Below are positions 45,830 to 54,862 of a stretch of DNA of 64,000 bases, piece after piece. Where the stretch lies: NCBI GenBank assembly GCA_043811535.1, contig JBDRNC010000003.1:1-64000 (forward strand), written 5' to 3'. The stretch is from Elusimicrobiota bacterium. GTDB taxonomy: Bacteria; Elusimicrobiota; Endomicrobiia; Endomicrobiales; JBDRNC01. Numbering within the stretch: position 1 is the first letter of the stretch; each line of letters begins with the position of its first letter. Made by a program: the position numbers and the translations under genes. The notes beneath the pieces were generated by a model. The model was not told where the DNA came from and made no database searches. It saw only the letters and a program-made list of their open reading frames with translations.

Positions 45830-47122
45830 ATGAAAGAAAAAATAAAAATCGGTCTTGTCGGCTATGGCATTGTCGGCAACGGCGTGATTAAGATCATAAA
45901 CAGCAACCGCGCCGCGCTGGAGAAGCGCGTCGGCGCCCGTATTGATATAGCGGCCGTATGCGATATCCGGAGGATCCGCGTGAAGGGCGCGAAATACTAC
46001 AAGCGCTACAAGGACCTTATCGCGCGCAGGGACATAGATATTATTGTCGAGCTGGTTGGCGGCTACGAGCCGGCGCGCACGCTTATACTTGAAGCTTTGA
46101 ACGCGGGCAAACACGTAGTGACCGCGAACAAAGCCGTGCTCGCGAAATACTGGGACGAGATATTCTCGGCCGCGCACCAGAACGGCTGCCTCACATATTT
46201 TGAGGCGGCGGTAGGCGCCGGTATTCCCGTCATCGAAGGATTGAATGAGGGCCTTGCCGCGAACAAGATAAACAAGATAGTCGGGATACTTAACGGGACC
46301 ACCAACTATATCCTGAGCGAGATGACCAAGAAAGGCGTAAGCTTCAATACCGCGCTTGACCACGCGCGCAAGGCCGGTTTCGCCGAAGCCGACCCGTCGT
46401 TCGACATAGACGGCATAGACACCGCGCATAAACTCGCGGTACTGGCGTCGCTCGCGTACTCAAGCTGGATAAAACTTGAAGATATATCTGTATCGGGCAT
46501 AAAGCAGGTCTCGGCCGATGACGTAAAATTCGCAAAGGAAGAGTTTGATTACGTGATAAAGCTGCTCGGTTACGCTATAGCGGGTAAGAACGGGATGGAG
46601 CTTTCAGTGGAACCCTGCATGATAAGCGGCGACGACAATTTTGCCAATGTGGACGGAGAGAACAACGCCATCCTTTTTTCGGGCGACGCGACCGGCGACG
46701 TGATATTCTACGGCAAAGGCGCGGGCCAGCTTCCGGCCGCAAGCGCGGTTGTTTCGGACATTATTTTCCTAGCCAGGCAGATAGCGAACGGCACTGCCGG
46801 TCAGGTGCCGTATGTCACCTATGACCCCGGCAAGCATCCAAATATCATTCCTGAAGATAATACCCAGAGCAGGTACTACCTGAAATTCACCACGCTTGAC
46901 AAGCCCGGCGTGCTTTCAAGGATATCGGGAATACTGGGCAAGCACGGGGTGTCCATCGCGAGCGTTTACCAGAAACCTCCAATCAAGAAAAGAAGGAAAG
47001 GCGTGCCTATCATAATGATTACGCACAAGACCAAGTACGGGAACCTCGCGAAAGCCATGTCTGAAATAGACAAGCTTTCTATGGCCATGTCAAAGAGCGT
47101 CAAATACAAGATATTTGAGTGA
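45830..47122 (+). CDS. hom: Homoserine dehydrogenase with ACT domain
   Basis: GYGIVG, HVVTANK, FEAAVGAGIP, GILNGTTN, GFAEADP and DKPGVL motifs. Confidence 0.96.
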   Translation: MKEKIKIGLVGYGIVGNGVIKIINSNRAALEKRVGARIDIAAVCDIRRIRVKGAKYYKRYKDLIARRDIDIIVELVGGYEPARTLILEALNAGKHVVTANKAVLAKYWDEIFSAAHQNGCLTYFEAAVGAGIPVIEGLNEGLAANKINKIVGILNGTTNYILSEMTKKGVSFNTALDHARKAGFAEADPSFDIDGIDTAHKLAVLASLAYSSWIKLEDISVSGIKQVSADDVKFAKEEFDYVIKLLGYAIAGKNGMELSVEPCMISGDDNFANVDGENNAILFSGDATGDVIFYGKGAGQLPAASAVVSDIIFLARQIANGTAGQVPYVTYDPGKHPNIIPEDNTQSRYYLKFTTLDKPGVLSRISGILGKHGVSIASVYQKPPIKKRRKGVPIIMITHKTKYGNLAKAMSEIDKLSMAMSKSVKYKIFE

Positions 47123-47149
47123 TGGTGGGGAGGATTTTTTTTGCAGTAG

Positions 47150-47180
47150 TTGTAAACCAAAATAAATATGAGGTTGACAA
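47150..47180. promoter_or_regulatory. BirA operator
   Basis: tTGTAAAC-N15-GTTGACAa upstream of bioB. Confidence 0.8.
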
Positions 47181-47186
47181 TCCGAC

Positions 47187-47259
47187 ATATGGTTAAATTG
47201 TCATATGGCTAAATTGCTAAAGACATTAACCATTTAGCCATTTAACCGTTTGGCAATTC
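47187..47259. repeat. Octamer inverted array, copy 3
   Basis: atggttaa attgtcat atggctaa attgctaa ... ttaaccat ttagccat ttaaccgt ttggcaat. Confidence 0.85.
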
Positions 47260-47271
47260 ATTATTACACAT

Positions 47272-48243
47272 ATGAAATTAGCTGCGCTTACTGAACGCAT
47301 CATCATGGGGTATAAGATAGAGCCGGCAGAAGCGAAATCGCTTTTAAAGGAAGACCTTAGCTCTCTGCTGTTCGGCGCGGAACTTATCGCGAGACACTAT
47401 AAAACCGACAGGATTAATTTCTGCAGCATAGTCAACGCCAAATCCGGCGCGTGCTCGGAAAACTGCGGGTTCTGCGCGCAGTCGGCCCACCACAAAACAA
47501 AAGTGGAAAAATACGCCCTGCTGGATGACAAAAGGCTTTCGGCGGCGCTTTCAAAGTCGGTTAAAGACGGGGCTTCGTGTTTCGGCATAGTAACCAGCGG
47601 CAGGAAACTCACGGACAAGGACATAGACAGGATCTGCTCATTCGTTTCAAAGAACAAAAACAGAAAGATCAGGATAAGTGCTTCTCTCGGGGATATCGGC
47701 AAAGACGGTCTCCGGAAGCTTAAAAAAGCGGGCGTCAGCCGCTACCACCACAATCTTGAAACATCGGAAAGCTTTTTCCCAAGGATATGCACGACTCACA
47801 CGTTCGCCGACAGGATAAGGACGGCCGGCAACGTGAAAAAGGCCGGGCTTGAACTCTGCTGCGGCGGCATTATCGGGCTCGGAGAGAAACCCGGACAGAG
47901 AATCGAACTTGCTTTTGCTTTGAGAAAGTTGGGCGCAGATTCCGTCCCGATAAATATACTGAATCCCGTCCGCGGGACGCCTATGGGGAAAAGAGAACGC
48001 ATGGCGCCAGAAGATATTTTAAGGACCATTGCCGTTTTCAGGTTTATACTGCCGGATAAAGATATCAGCGTGTGCGGCGGCAGGGAAATAAATCTGGGCA
48101 AATACCAGCCCTGGATATTCAGCGCCGGCGCCAACGGCATGATGGTCGGAGGATACTTAACGACACCCGGCAGGCCCGCTTGGCAGGACAGGAAAATGGT
48201 TGAAATCCTGGGATACAGGATCAGCGGGAAGAAGGAAGAATGA
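47272..48243 (+). CDS. bioB: Biotin synthase
   Basis: NAKSGACSENCGFCAQS, YHHNLET, CCGGIIG and DSVPIN motifs. Confidence 0.96.
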   Translation: MKLAALTERIIMGYKIEPAEAKSLLKEDLSSLLFGAELIARHYKTDRINFCSIVNAKSGACSENCGFCAQSAHHKTKVEKYALLDDKRLSAALSKSVKDGASCFGIVTSGRKLTDKDIDRICSFVSKNKNRKIRISASLGDIGKDGLRKLKKAGVSRYHHNLETSESFFPRICTTHTFADRIRTAGNVKKAGLELCCGGIIGLGEKPGQRIELAFALRKLGADSVPINILNPVRGTPMGKRERMAPEDILRTIAVFRFILPDKDISVCGGREINLGKYQPWIFSAGANGMMVGGYLTTPGRPAWQDRKMVEILGYRISGKKEE

Positions 48244-48335
48244 AGATGGAAGTAAAGACATGGAATTATTTTTTGCAGGATACGGAAAACAAGTTTCAAT
48301 TTTAGAATTCTTCCGTCTTCCATCTTCCGTCTTCA
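48227..48335. repeat. Heptamer inverted array (GGAAGAN/NTCTTCC)
   Basis: ggaagaa ggaagaa tgaagat ggaag ... ttcttcc gtcttcc atcttcc gtcttc. Confidence 0.85.
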
Positions 48336-48364
48336 AACTTTAGTACCTGTCGATTGGATATAAC

Positions 48365-49108
48365 ATGACAAAAGAAATAGTATCTCAACGAATTGTGCTT
48401 GTGACGGGCGCCAGCAGGGGCATTGGGCGCGCACTGGCCTTTCGTTTCGCTGAAGAAGGGGATGCGGTTGTAGTAAATTATCTGAAAAACGAAAGCGCCG
48501 CGGCGAAGACCGTAAAAGAGATAGAGAAAAACGGTGGGAAGGCCAGGGCTGTCCGAGCCGATGTTGCGGACCCGTCCGCCGTCGCGTCTATGTCCCGGGA
48601 TATCCTTGAGAAAGAGAAAAGTATAGATGTCCTTATAAACAACGCCGGCATCTGCGCAAACACTACCTTGCTGAAGATGGAGGAAGCCGACTGGGACAGC
48701 GTGGTCAAAACCGATCTTAACAGCGCGTTCTATACGATTCGCGCTTTTTCCAAGGCAATGATGATGAGGAAAAGCGGCTCGGTCATAAATATTGCTTCCA
48801 TATCAGGGCTGAAAGGCGCGCACGGCTCGGGAAATTACGCGGCGGCTAAGGGCGGCCTTATCGCGCTGACAAAGTCGGCGGCTATAGAACTCGGCAGGTT
48901 CGGGATTTGCGTCAATGCCGTGTGCCCCGGGTTCCATTTGACGGATATGGGCAGGCACGCGACGGATAGATACATTGAAGAAACAAAGAAGGCCAGCGTG
49001 CTCGGCCTGACAACCGATATCAACGAACTGGCGGATTTCGTTTATATGCTTTCGCTGTCAAAAACAGTATCGGGACAGGTATTCAATTGGGACTCGAGGA
49101 TAATATAA
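48365..49108 (+). CDS. fabG: 3-oxoacyl-ACP reductase paralog (SDR)
   Basis: TGASRGIG, NNAG, NIAS, YAAAK and VNAVCPG motifs. Confidence 0.8.
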   Translation: MTKEIVSQRIVLVTGASRGIGRALAFRFAEEGDAVVVNYLKNESAAAKTVKEIEKNGGKARAVRADVADPSAVASMSRDILEKEKSIDVLINNAGICANTTLLKMEEADWDSVVKTDLNSAFYTIRAFSKAMMMRKSGSVINIASISGLKGAHGSGNYAAAKGGLIALTKSAAIELGRFGICVNAVCPGFHLTDMGRHATDRYIEETKKASVLGLTTDINELADFVYMLSLSKTVSGQVFNWDSRII

Positions 49109-49109
49109 T

Positions 49110-49188
49110 AATTACAGATTACACATTGCAAATTAACGACACGACTTATCCTTTTTCAATCTGTAATCTGTAATTTGTAATTGAAAAT
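49110..49188. repeat. Heptamer inverted array (ATTACAR/YTGTAAT)
   Basis: attacag attacac attgcaa attaacgac ... aatctgt aatctgt aatttgt aatt. Confidence 0.85.
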
Positions 49189-49194
49189 ATACTT

Positions 49195-50328
49195 ATGAAT
49201 AAAGTCGTTATTACTGGCATCGGTTTGGTCACTCCGCTCGGGACGGGGCGCGAGAGAACGTGGGGAAACCTGCTCGGCGGACTTTCCGCCGTTTCGCGGG
49301 ACGCCATTTTTGACGATATACTGACTGCCAGAGTCAACGGGTTGGATGTTCCCGATGAAACCCGCCTGCTTTCCATGGGTTTTCTCGCGGCGGCGGAAGC
49401 ACTCCATGACAGCTTGCCCGGCGGCGCGCAGTATTCGCCGGAAAAAATCGGATGCACGGTCAGTGTCAGCAAGCCAAATCTCGCGTTTTTGAAACCGGCG
49501 GGGCTTACGGGAATAACGGATCTGTTCAATACCGACGCTCTGGGCAGCCAGCTGCAGAGAGTTTTTAAATTCAAGGGCCCTCTTCAGAATATCACTGCAG
49601 CGTGCGCGACCGGAACCGATTCCATAATCCTGGGAGCCGAATGGATAAGGCGCGGCGAATGCGACGTTGTTTTTGCGGGCGCGGCTGAATCGCCTTTCTC
49701 GCCGCTTTATATTTCGGGTTTTACTCAGATGGGCGTTCTTGCCGAAAACGCCGTAAGGCCGTTTGACAGGAACCGCGAAGGTTTTGCGATCGGGGAAGGC
49801 GCGGCTGTCCTCGTTCTTGAAAACAAGCAATCGGCGATCCTCAGGGGGGCGAGAATTTACGGCGAATTATCCGGCTGGGCGATGTCAAACGACGCGAGCC
49901 ATGAAGTGGCGTTCGGGAGCGGCGGCGATTCCATAGCCGAGGCGGTAAATAAAGCGCTGAAACAGGCCGGAAATGAAGATGTTGACTATATAAATGCGCA
50001 CGGAACGGCGACGCGGTTGAACGACCTGATAGAATCGCGGGCTATAAAAAAGGTTTTCGGCGCGAAGTCCGAAAAAATATCCATTTCATCCACGAAGGCC
50101 GCTACGGGGCACATGCTGGGCGCCACGGGGGCCGCCGAGGCGGCTTTTTGCCTTCTCGCGATGCGCGACAATGTTGCTCCGGCGACGCTCAATCTGTTTG
50201 ACCCGGACCCGGAGTGCGGTCTGGATTTTACGCCCGTAGCGCCGCGCCGCAGGATAATTCAAAACGCGATGTCGCTGTCGTTCGGATTCGGAGGACAAAT
50301 AGGGGTTGTGATATTTTTAAACGGTTAA
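49195..50328 (+). CDS. fabF: Beta-ketoacyl-ACP synthase II paralog (shortened)
   Basis: VVITGIG, AACATG, RPFD..R.GF..GEGA, INAHGTAT, KAATGH and SFGFGG motifs. Confidence 0.85.
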   Translation: MNKVVITGIGLVTPLGTGRERTWGNLLGGLSAVSRDAIFDDILTARVNGLDVPDETRLLSMGFLAAAEALHDSLPGGAQYSPEKIGCTVSVSKPNLAFLKPAGLTGITDLFNTDALGSQLQRVFKFKGPLQNITAACATGTDSIILGAEWIRRGECDVVFAGAAESPFSPLYISGFTQMGVLAENAVRPFDRNREGFAIGEGAAVLVLENKQSAILRGARIYGELSGWAMSNDASHEVAFGSGGDSIAEAVNKALKQAGNEDVDYINAHGTATRLNDLIESRAIKKVFGAKSEKISISSTKAATGHMLGATGAAEAAFCLLAMRDNVAPATLNLFDPDPECGLDFTPVAPRRRIIQNAMSLSFGFGGQIGVVIFLNG

Positions 50329-50390
50329 ATTGCTAAATGGCTAAATTGCTAAAGGTCTTTAACAATTTAGCCGTTCAGCCATTCGGCCAT
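50319..50390. repeat. Octamer inverted array, copy 4
   Basis: acggttaa attgctaa atggctaa attgctaa ... ttaacaat ttagccgt tcagccat tcggccat. Confidence 0.85.
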
Positions 50391-50399
50391 GCGTTATAT

Positions 50400-51557
50400 A
50401 TGAAACATTACTTAGCTAAAGAATTAGAGAAAATAAAGGCATCCGGGTTGTATCGGTCCATGCGGGTGGTTTCGTCCATTCCCGGCAGGGAAATCATAAT
50501 TGACGGGAAGAAATGCCTGAATTTTTCTTCCAACAATTACCTGGATCTTGCCGGTCACCCGGATGTTATAAAAGCGTCCGCGGACGCGGTGCATAGATTC
50601 GGGGCGGGCGGAACAGCTTCCCGTCTTATTACCGGAACGACTGAGCTTCATATAGCGCTGGAAAAAGAACTTGCGAAACTAAAACGTAAAGAAGATTGTC
50701 TTGTCTTCCCAAGCGGTTTCCAGACAAATCTCGGAGTGATGAGCGCTCTTGCCGGGGAAGGCGATTGCATCGTAATGGATGAATTGAATCACGCGTCGCT
50801 CTGGGATGCGGCAAAACTGTCAAAGGCCAGGATTTTTGCGTACGAGCACTGCAGTATCTCTTCGCTCGAAAAAATAATGAAACGGGCCGAAGGAGAGTAC
50901 AAGAAAAAACTTATCGTTACGGACAGCGTGTTTTCAATGGACGGAGACCTCGCCCCTTTGAAGGAAATCGCGCAACTCGCGAAAAAATCCGGCTGCTGGA
51001 CGATGATAGACGAAGCGCACGCCACGGGTGTTTTTGGCAAAACCGGCGCCGGCGCCGCCGAGCATTTCGAAGTTGAGGACAGGATAGATATAGTGATGGG
51101 CACGCTGTCAAAGGCGCTCGGGAGTCACGGCGGGTTTGTGTGCGGCTCAAAAGAGCTGATAGAATTCCTTGTCAATAAAAGCCGCGCATTCATCTACACA
51201 ACTTCACTGGCCCCGGCCTGCGCGGGCGCGGCGCTGAAAGCGCTTGAGATCGTCAACAAAGATCCGGAAAGAAGGAAGATATTATTGGATAACGCGGAAT
51301 ATTTCAGGGATAAGTTGAAAAAATCAGGTTTTAACGTGTTGAATTCTGCAAGCCAGATAATTCCCGTTGTCACCGGTGAAGTCAGCGCGACGCTCGGAAT
51401 TTCGGAGAAATTATTTAACAACGGCATTTTCGCTCCCGCCATAAGACCGCCCACGGTCCCGGAAGGGAAATGCCGCATTAGGATATCTTTAACGTCTGCT
51501 CATGAAAAGAAGGATATAGACCGACTAGTGAATTCTCTTTCCCATAAAGGGATGTAA
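50400..51557 (+). CDS. bioF: 8-amino-7-oxononanoate synthase
   Basis: FSSNNYL, LNHASL, VFSMDGD, DEAH, GTLSKA and IRPPTVP motifs. Confidence 0.95.
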   Translation: MKHYLAKELEKIKASGLYRSMRVVSSIPGREIIIDGKKCLNFSSNNYLDLAGHPDVIKASADAVHRFGAGGTASRLITGTTELHIALEKELAKLKRKEDCLVFPSGFQTNLGVMSALAGEGDCIVMDELNHASLWDAAKLSKARIFAYEHCSISSLEKIMKRAEGEYKKKLIVTDSVFSMDGDLAPLKEIAQLAKKSGCWTMIDEAHATGVFGKTGAGAAEHFEVEDRIDIVMGTLSKALGSHGGFVCGSKELIEFLVNKSRAFIYTTSLAPACAGAALKALEIVNKDPERRKILLDNAEYFRDKLKKSGFNVLNSASQIIPVVTGEVSATLGISEKLFNNGIFAPAIRPPTVPEGKCRIRISLTSAHEKKDIDRLVNSLSHKGM

Positions 51558-51565
51558 TTCCGATA

Positions 51566-51648
51566 TCCTCCCCCTTGATGGGGGAGGAAAAAGGTGGGGG
51601 TGGAAATGCCCCCCCCGCCCCGACCCTCCCCCACAGGTGGGGAGGGAG
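51566..51648. repeat. C/G-rich palindromic element, copy 5
   Basis: tcctcccccttgatgggggagga ... ccctcccccacaggtggggaggga. Confidence 0.8.
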
Positions 51649-51655
51649 AAAGGTA

Positions 51656-52306
51656 ATGAACATGTATAAAGGTCTATTTATAACCGGTACTGACACCGGT
51701 GTCGGCAAAACCTACGTTGCCTGCGCCATACTGCGCGCCCTCAGGCGCTACGGGATGGCGGTCGGCGCCATGAAACCCGTGGCTACGGGCGACAGGAACG
51801 ACGCGAGGAACCTGATAGCGGCGTCGGGAGTTAACGAGACGCTGGACAGGATTAATCCGGTTTTTCTAAAAGAGTCGCTGGCCCCGCTTGTATCGGCGCG
51901 GTTTGAAGGGAAAGAAGTTGACCTTAAGCCAGTTTATGTGATATTCCGCGAATTCCTGAAAAAATACACGTTCACGGTAGTGGAGGGCGTCGGCGGCCTG
52001 CTCGTGCCCTTGACTGAAAAGATTAAAGTCATCGACATGGCAAGGAAGCTTCGCCTGCCGGCGCTGATTGTTGCCAGGCCGCAGCTCGGTACGATAAATC
52101 ATACACTGCTGACCGTCAGAGAGCTGAGGCGCATGAAACTCGAGATAGCCGGTATCGTTTTGAGTGGAGTGCGTAAGACGACGCTCGCAGAAAAGACAAA
52201 TCCGTCAGTTATCAGGGAACTTACCGGACTTCCCGTGCTCGAACTTTCTCCGCATGGCGGGATAAATATTAAGGAGAATCCTTGGCTCATACAAAGACAG
52301 CGCTGA
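51656..52306 (+). CDS. bioD: Dethiobiotin synthase
   Basis: FITGTDTGVGKT, MKPVATG, VEGVGG and LGTINHTLLT motifs. Confidence 0.96.
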   Translation: MNMYKGLFITGTDTGVGKTYVACAILRALRRYGMAVGAMKPVATGDRNDARNLIAASGVNETLDRINPVFLKESLAPLVSARFEGKEVDLKPVYVIFREFLKKYTFTVVEGVGGLLVPLTEKIKVIDMARKLRLPALIVARPQLGTINHTLLTVRELRRMKLEIAGIVLSGVRKTTLAEKTNPSVIRELTGLPVLELSPHGGINIKENPWLIQRQR

Positions 52307-53727
52307 TCGCGCGGGATAAAAAATACATCTGGCACCCGTTCACCCAGATGCGGGACTGGGTGCGCGACGACCCTTCGCCGCCGCTCATCATAAGATCCGG
52401 CAGGGGGAACTATCTCTATGATATTGATGGAAACAGATATTTTGACGGCGTGTCGTCTTTGTGGGTTACTCTGCACGGCCACAAGAAAAAAGAGCTTGAC
52501 TCCGCGATAAAAAAACAGCTGAGGAAGGTCGCACATTCTACATTTCTGGGACTCACGCACGAGCCCGCTGTGATTCTTGCTGAAAAACTGGTAAAGATAG
52601 CGCCCGAAGGCCTTGCGCGCGTGTTTTATTCCGATAACGGCTCGACTGCTGTTGAAGTGGCGCTCAAGATGGCGTATCAGTACTGGCAGTTCAAGGGGAA
52701 GCCGAAGAAAAAGAAGTTCCTGTCCCTTATTAACGCCTATCACGGCGACACCATCGGCTCGGTTTCTGTCGGCGGAATGGATATGTTCCACGCCCGTTTC
52801 CGCGGCCTGCTTTTCAAGGGCTACTACGCGCCGAGTCCGTATTGTTTTCGCTGCAAAACAACGAAAACACCGTCGTTCGCATCTCGTCGTTCGTATCTCG
52901 CAGGCGAACAACGAGATACGAGATACGAGATACTTTTTGGAAATCACTGCAAATTAATGGGATGCAAAGGCGATTGTTTGAAAGACGCAGAAAGAATACT
53001 TGCTCAACATAACAAAGAAATAGCCGCAGCAATCATTGAACCTATGGTTCAAGGGGCGGCGGGAATGCTCACCATGCCTCCGGGTTACATGAAAGCATTT
53101 GAGCGGCTCTGCAGGAAATACAATGTTCTATTGATATGCGACGAGGTCGCGACGGGATTCGGCAGGACGGGAAAGATGTTCGCCTGTGAGTACGAGGACA
53201 TAAAACCTGATTTGATGTGCGTGGCAAAGGGCATAACCGGCGGGTATCTTCCGCTTGCCGCCACGCTTGCGAGCGAAAACATCTATAAAGCTTTCCTTGG
53301 TAGGTATGAGGAGTTTAAAACTTTCTTCCACGGGCACACCTACACGGCCAACCCTCTTGCCTGCGCCGCGGCCATCGCGAATTTAGAGATATTCGAACGG
53401 GAAAGAACGCTGGAACGCCTTAAGACTACGATTACAAATTACAGATTACAAATTACAAATTTGGAAAAAATGCCAAATGTCGGGGAGGTCCGGCAAATAG
53501 GGCTGATGGCGGCTATTGAGATAGTAAAAGACAAGAAAACAAAAGAAATATATCCCGCAAAACTCAAGATACCCGCCAAGATATGCATAGCCTGCCGGCC
53601 ACTCGGCCTTATCATCCGCCCGCTGGATAATAATATTATCCTCATGCCCCCGCTTTCGACTACAGTATCAGAGGTGTCAAAAATAATCAAGATAATAGCC
53701 CAAGCCATAGAGGAGGTTTTGCAGTGA
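52282..53727 (+). CDS. bioA: 7,8-diaminononanoate synthase
   Basis: WHPFTQM, DNGSTAVEVALKMA, YHGDT, DEVATGFGRTG, KGITGGY and HGHTY motifs. TTG start with AAGGAG SD. Confidence 0.96.
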   Translation: MAHTKTALIARDKKYIWHPFTQMRDWVRDDPSPPLIIRSGRGNYLYDIDGNRYFDGVSSLWVTLHGHKKKELDSAIKKQLRKVAHSTFLGLTHEPAVILAEKLVKIAPEGLARVFYSDNGSTAVEVALKMAYQYWQFKGKPKKKKFLSLINAYHGDTIGSVSVGGMDMFHARFRGLLFKGYYAPSPYCFRCKTTKTPSFASRRSYLAGEQRDTRYEILFGNHCKLMGCKGDCLKDAERILAQHNKEIAAAIIEPMVQGAAGMLTMPPGYMKAFERLCRKYNVLLICDEVATGFGRTGKMFACEYEDIKPDLMCVAKGITGGYLPLAATLASENIYKAFLGRYEEFKTFFHGHTYTANPLACAAAIANLEIFERERTLERLKTTITNYRLQITNLEKMPNVGEVRQIGLMAAIEIVKDKKTKEIYPAKLKIPAKICIACRPLGLIIRPLDNNIILMPPLSTTVSEVSKIIKIIAQAIEEVLQ

Positions 53728-53888
53728 AGCCAAAGACCATGATAATGTTCGGTATGGTGATCGGCTCGATAGCCGGCGGATTTTTTGCTGACTTGCTGAG
53801 TTTCGGTATGTTCTCTTTCACCGGGCTCTTCATCTCCTCCGCCGGTGCCGTCGCCGGCATCTACCTCGCTTACCGCCTGACGAAATAA
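53724..53888 (+). CDS. Small Gly-rich two-TM protein (54 aa), not in the ORF track
   Basis: AGGAGG SD; GTGA overlap with the bioA stop; MKPKTMIMFGMVIGSIAGGFFADLLSFGMFSFTGLFISSAGAVAGIYLAYRLTK. Confidence 0.75.
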   Translation: MKPKTMIMFGMVIGSIAGGFFADLLSFGMFSFTGLFISSAGAVAGIYLAYRLTK

Positions 53889-53940
53889 CCTTTATTGTCC
53901 TGATTTACACCCGCCGGATTTTATTGTAAAATAACTCATC

Positions 53941-54807
53941 ATGAAATGTCCAAAGTGCGGTTATGAAAATAACGAAACTTCCGAATACTGTAATTTGTGC
54001 TATGAAGTTCTGAAAATACGCGAGGACTCTGACGCAAATTCAAAAACAGCTAATGAAAGCCTTCGAATGATACCGCAAAACAAGAAGAAACTATTCAGTT
54101 TGCGTAATATACTGATAATGCTGGCAATATCGATGGCCGTATACTTAGTTGTCGATAGATACTCTAACCTGACAGAGCGGCTGATTAACAGTTTGCAAGG
54201 CAAGCAAAATCAGAACAATATTGATATATTGGAAGGGAAAAAGCAGCGGATATCCGTTGAAGACTCCAACTTATTTAAAGGCATACCACCGAATACGACA
54301 TATACTTTTTATATTGTTACGGGGAAAACCTACAAAGAGGTTAAGGAAAAAATTACGAATTTTAATACAGGGATTGGCGCGGGTACTAAACAAAGAGCGT
54401 GGGGCACTTGCAGCTACGAATATAGTTGGAATGCGGATTATGGCAGGCAGGCGGGTTTTTTGTGCTACATTAATATAAAAGTTTCGGTTACGAATACCGT
54501 AAAGTTTCCTGTGTGGCTGGACCCCGATTTCAATGACAAAAAAGCGATGGACATGTGGTGGAATATCATGGTACAAGTAAGGGATCATGAATTCACTCAC
54601 GCCAAGATTGCAAACGATGGTGTTGAAGAGTTAAGAAATGCGCTTCAAGCTCTGCGCGCAAATGACGAATGGGAATTGCGCGAGAAGGCTGATTTAGTGC
54701 TCTATAAATTTTCAAATGAAATTAACAGAAGACAGAAAGAATTTGACAGGGTATTCCGCGATAAAAAACAACTGGAAGCATTTCTTAAGCGGACTCTAAA
54801 AAGTTGA
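53941..54807 (+). CDS. Zinc-ribbon + TM + DUF922-like putative Zn protease
   Basis: MKCPKCG...YCNLC, one TM segment, and an HEFTH motif. Confidence 0.7.
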   Translation: MKCPKCGYENNETSEYCNLCYEVLKIREDSDANSKTANESLRMIPQNKKKLFSLRNILIMLAISMAVYLVVDRYSNLTERLINSLQGKQNQNNIDILEGKKQRISVEDSNLFKGIPPNTTYTFYIVTGKTYKEVKEKITNFNTGIGAGTKQRAWGTCSYEYSWNADYGRQAGFLCYINIKVSVTNTVKFPVWLDPDFNDKKAMDMWWNIMVQVRDHEFTHAKIANDGVEELRNALQALRANDEWELREKADLVLYKFSNEINRRQKEFDRVFRDKKQLEAFLKRTLKS

Positions 54808-54862
54808 AAACGTGTTTGAAATTGAGTATAATCAAACGACTAAACATCCGGAGGATACAATA

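Noticed and set aside
45062..46429. 455-aa minus-strand ORF, and similar ones at 16756-17817, 38312-39181 and 52099-52947
   Set aside because: They are antisense to well-supported genes, as expected from codon bias.
13511..51648. Repeats as a CRISPR array or integron attC sites
   Set aside because: There is no regular repeat-spacer periodicity, no cas or intI gene, and the flanking genes are core housekeeping genes.
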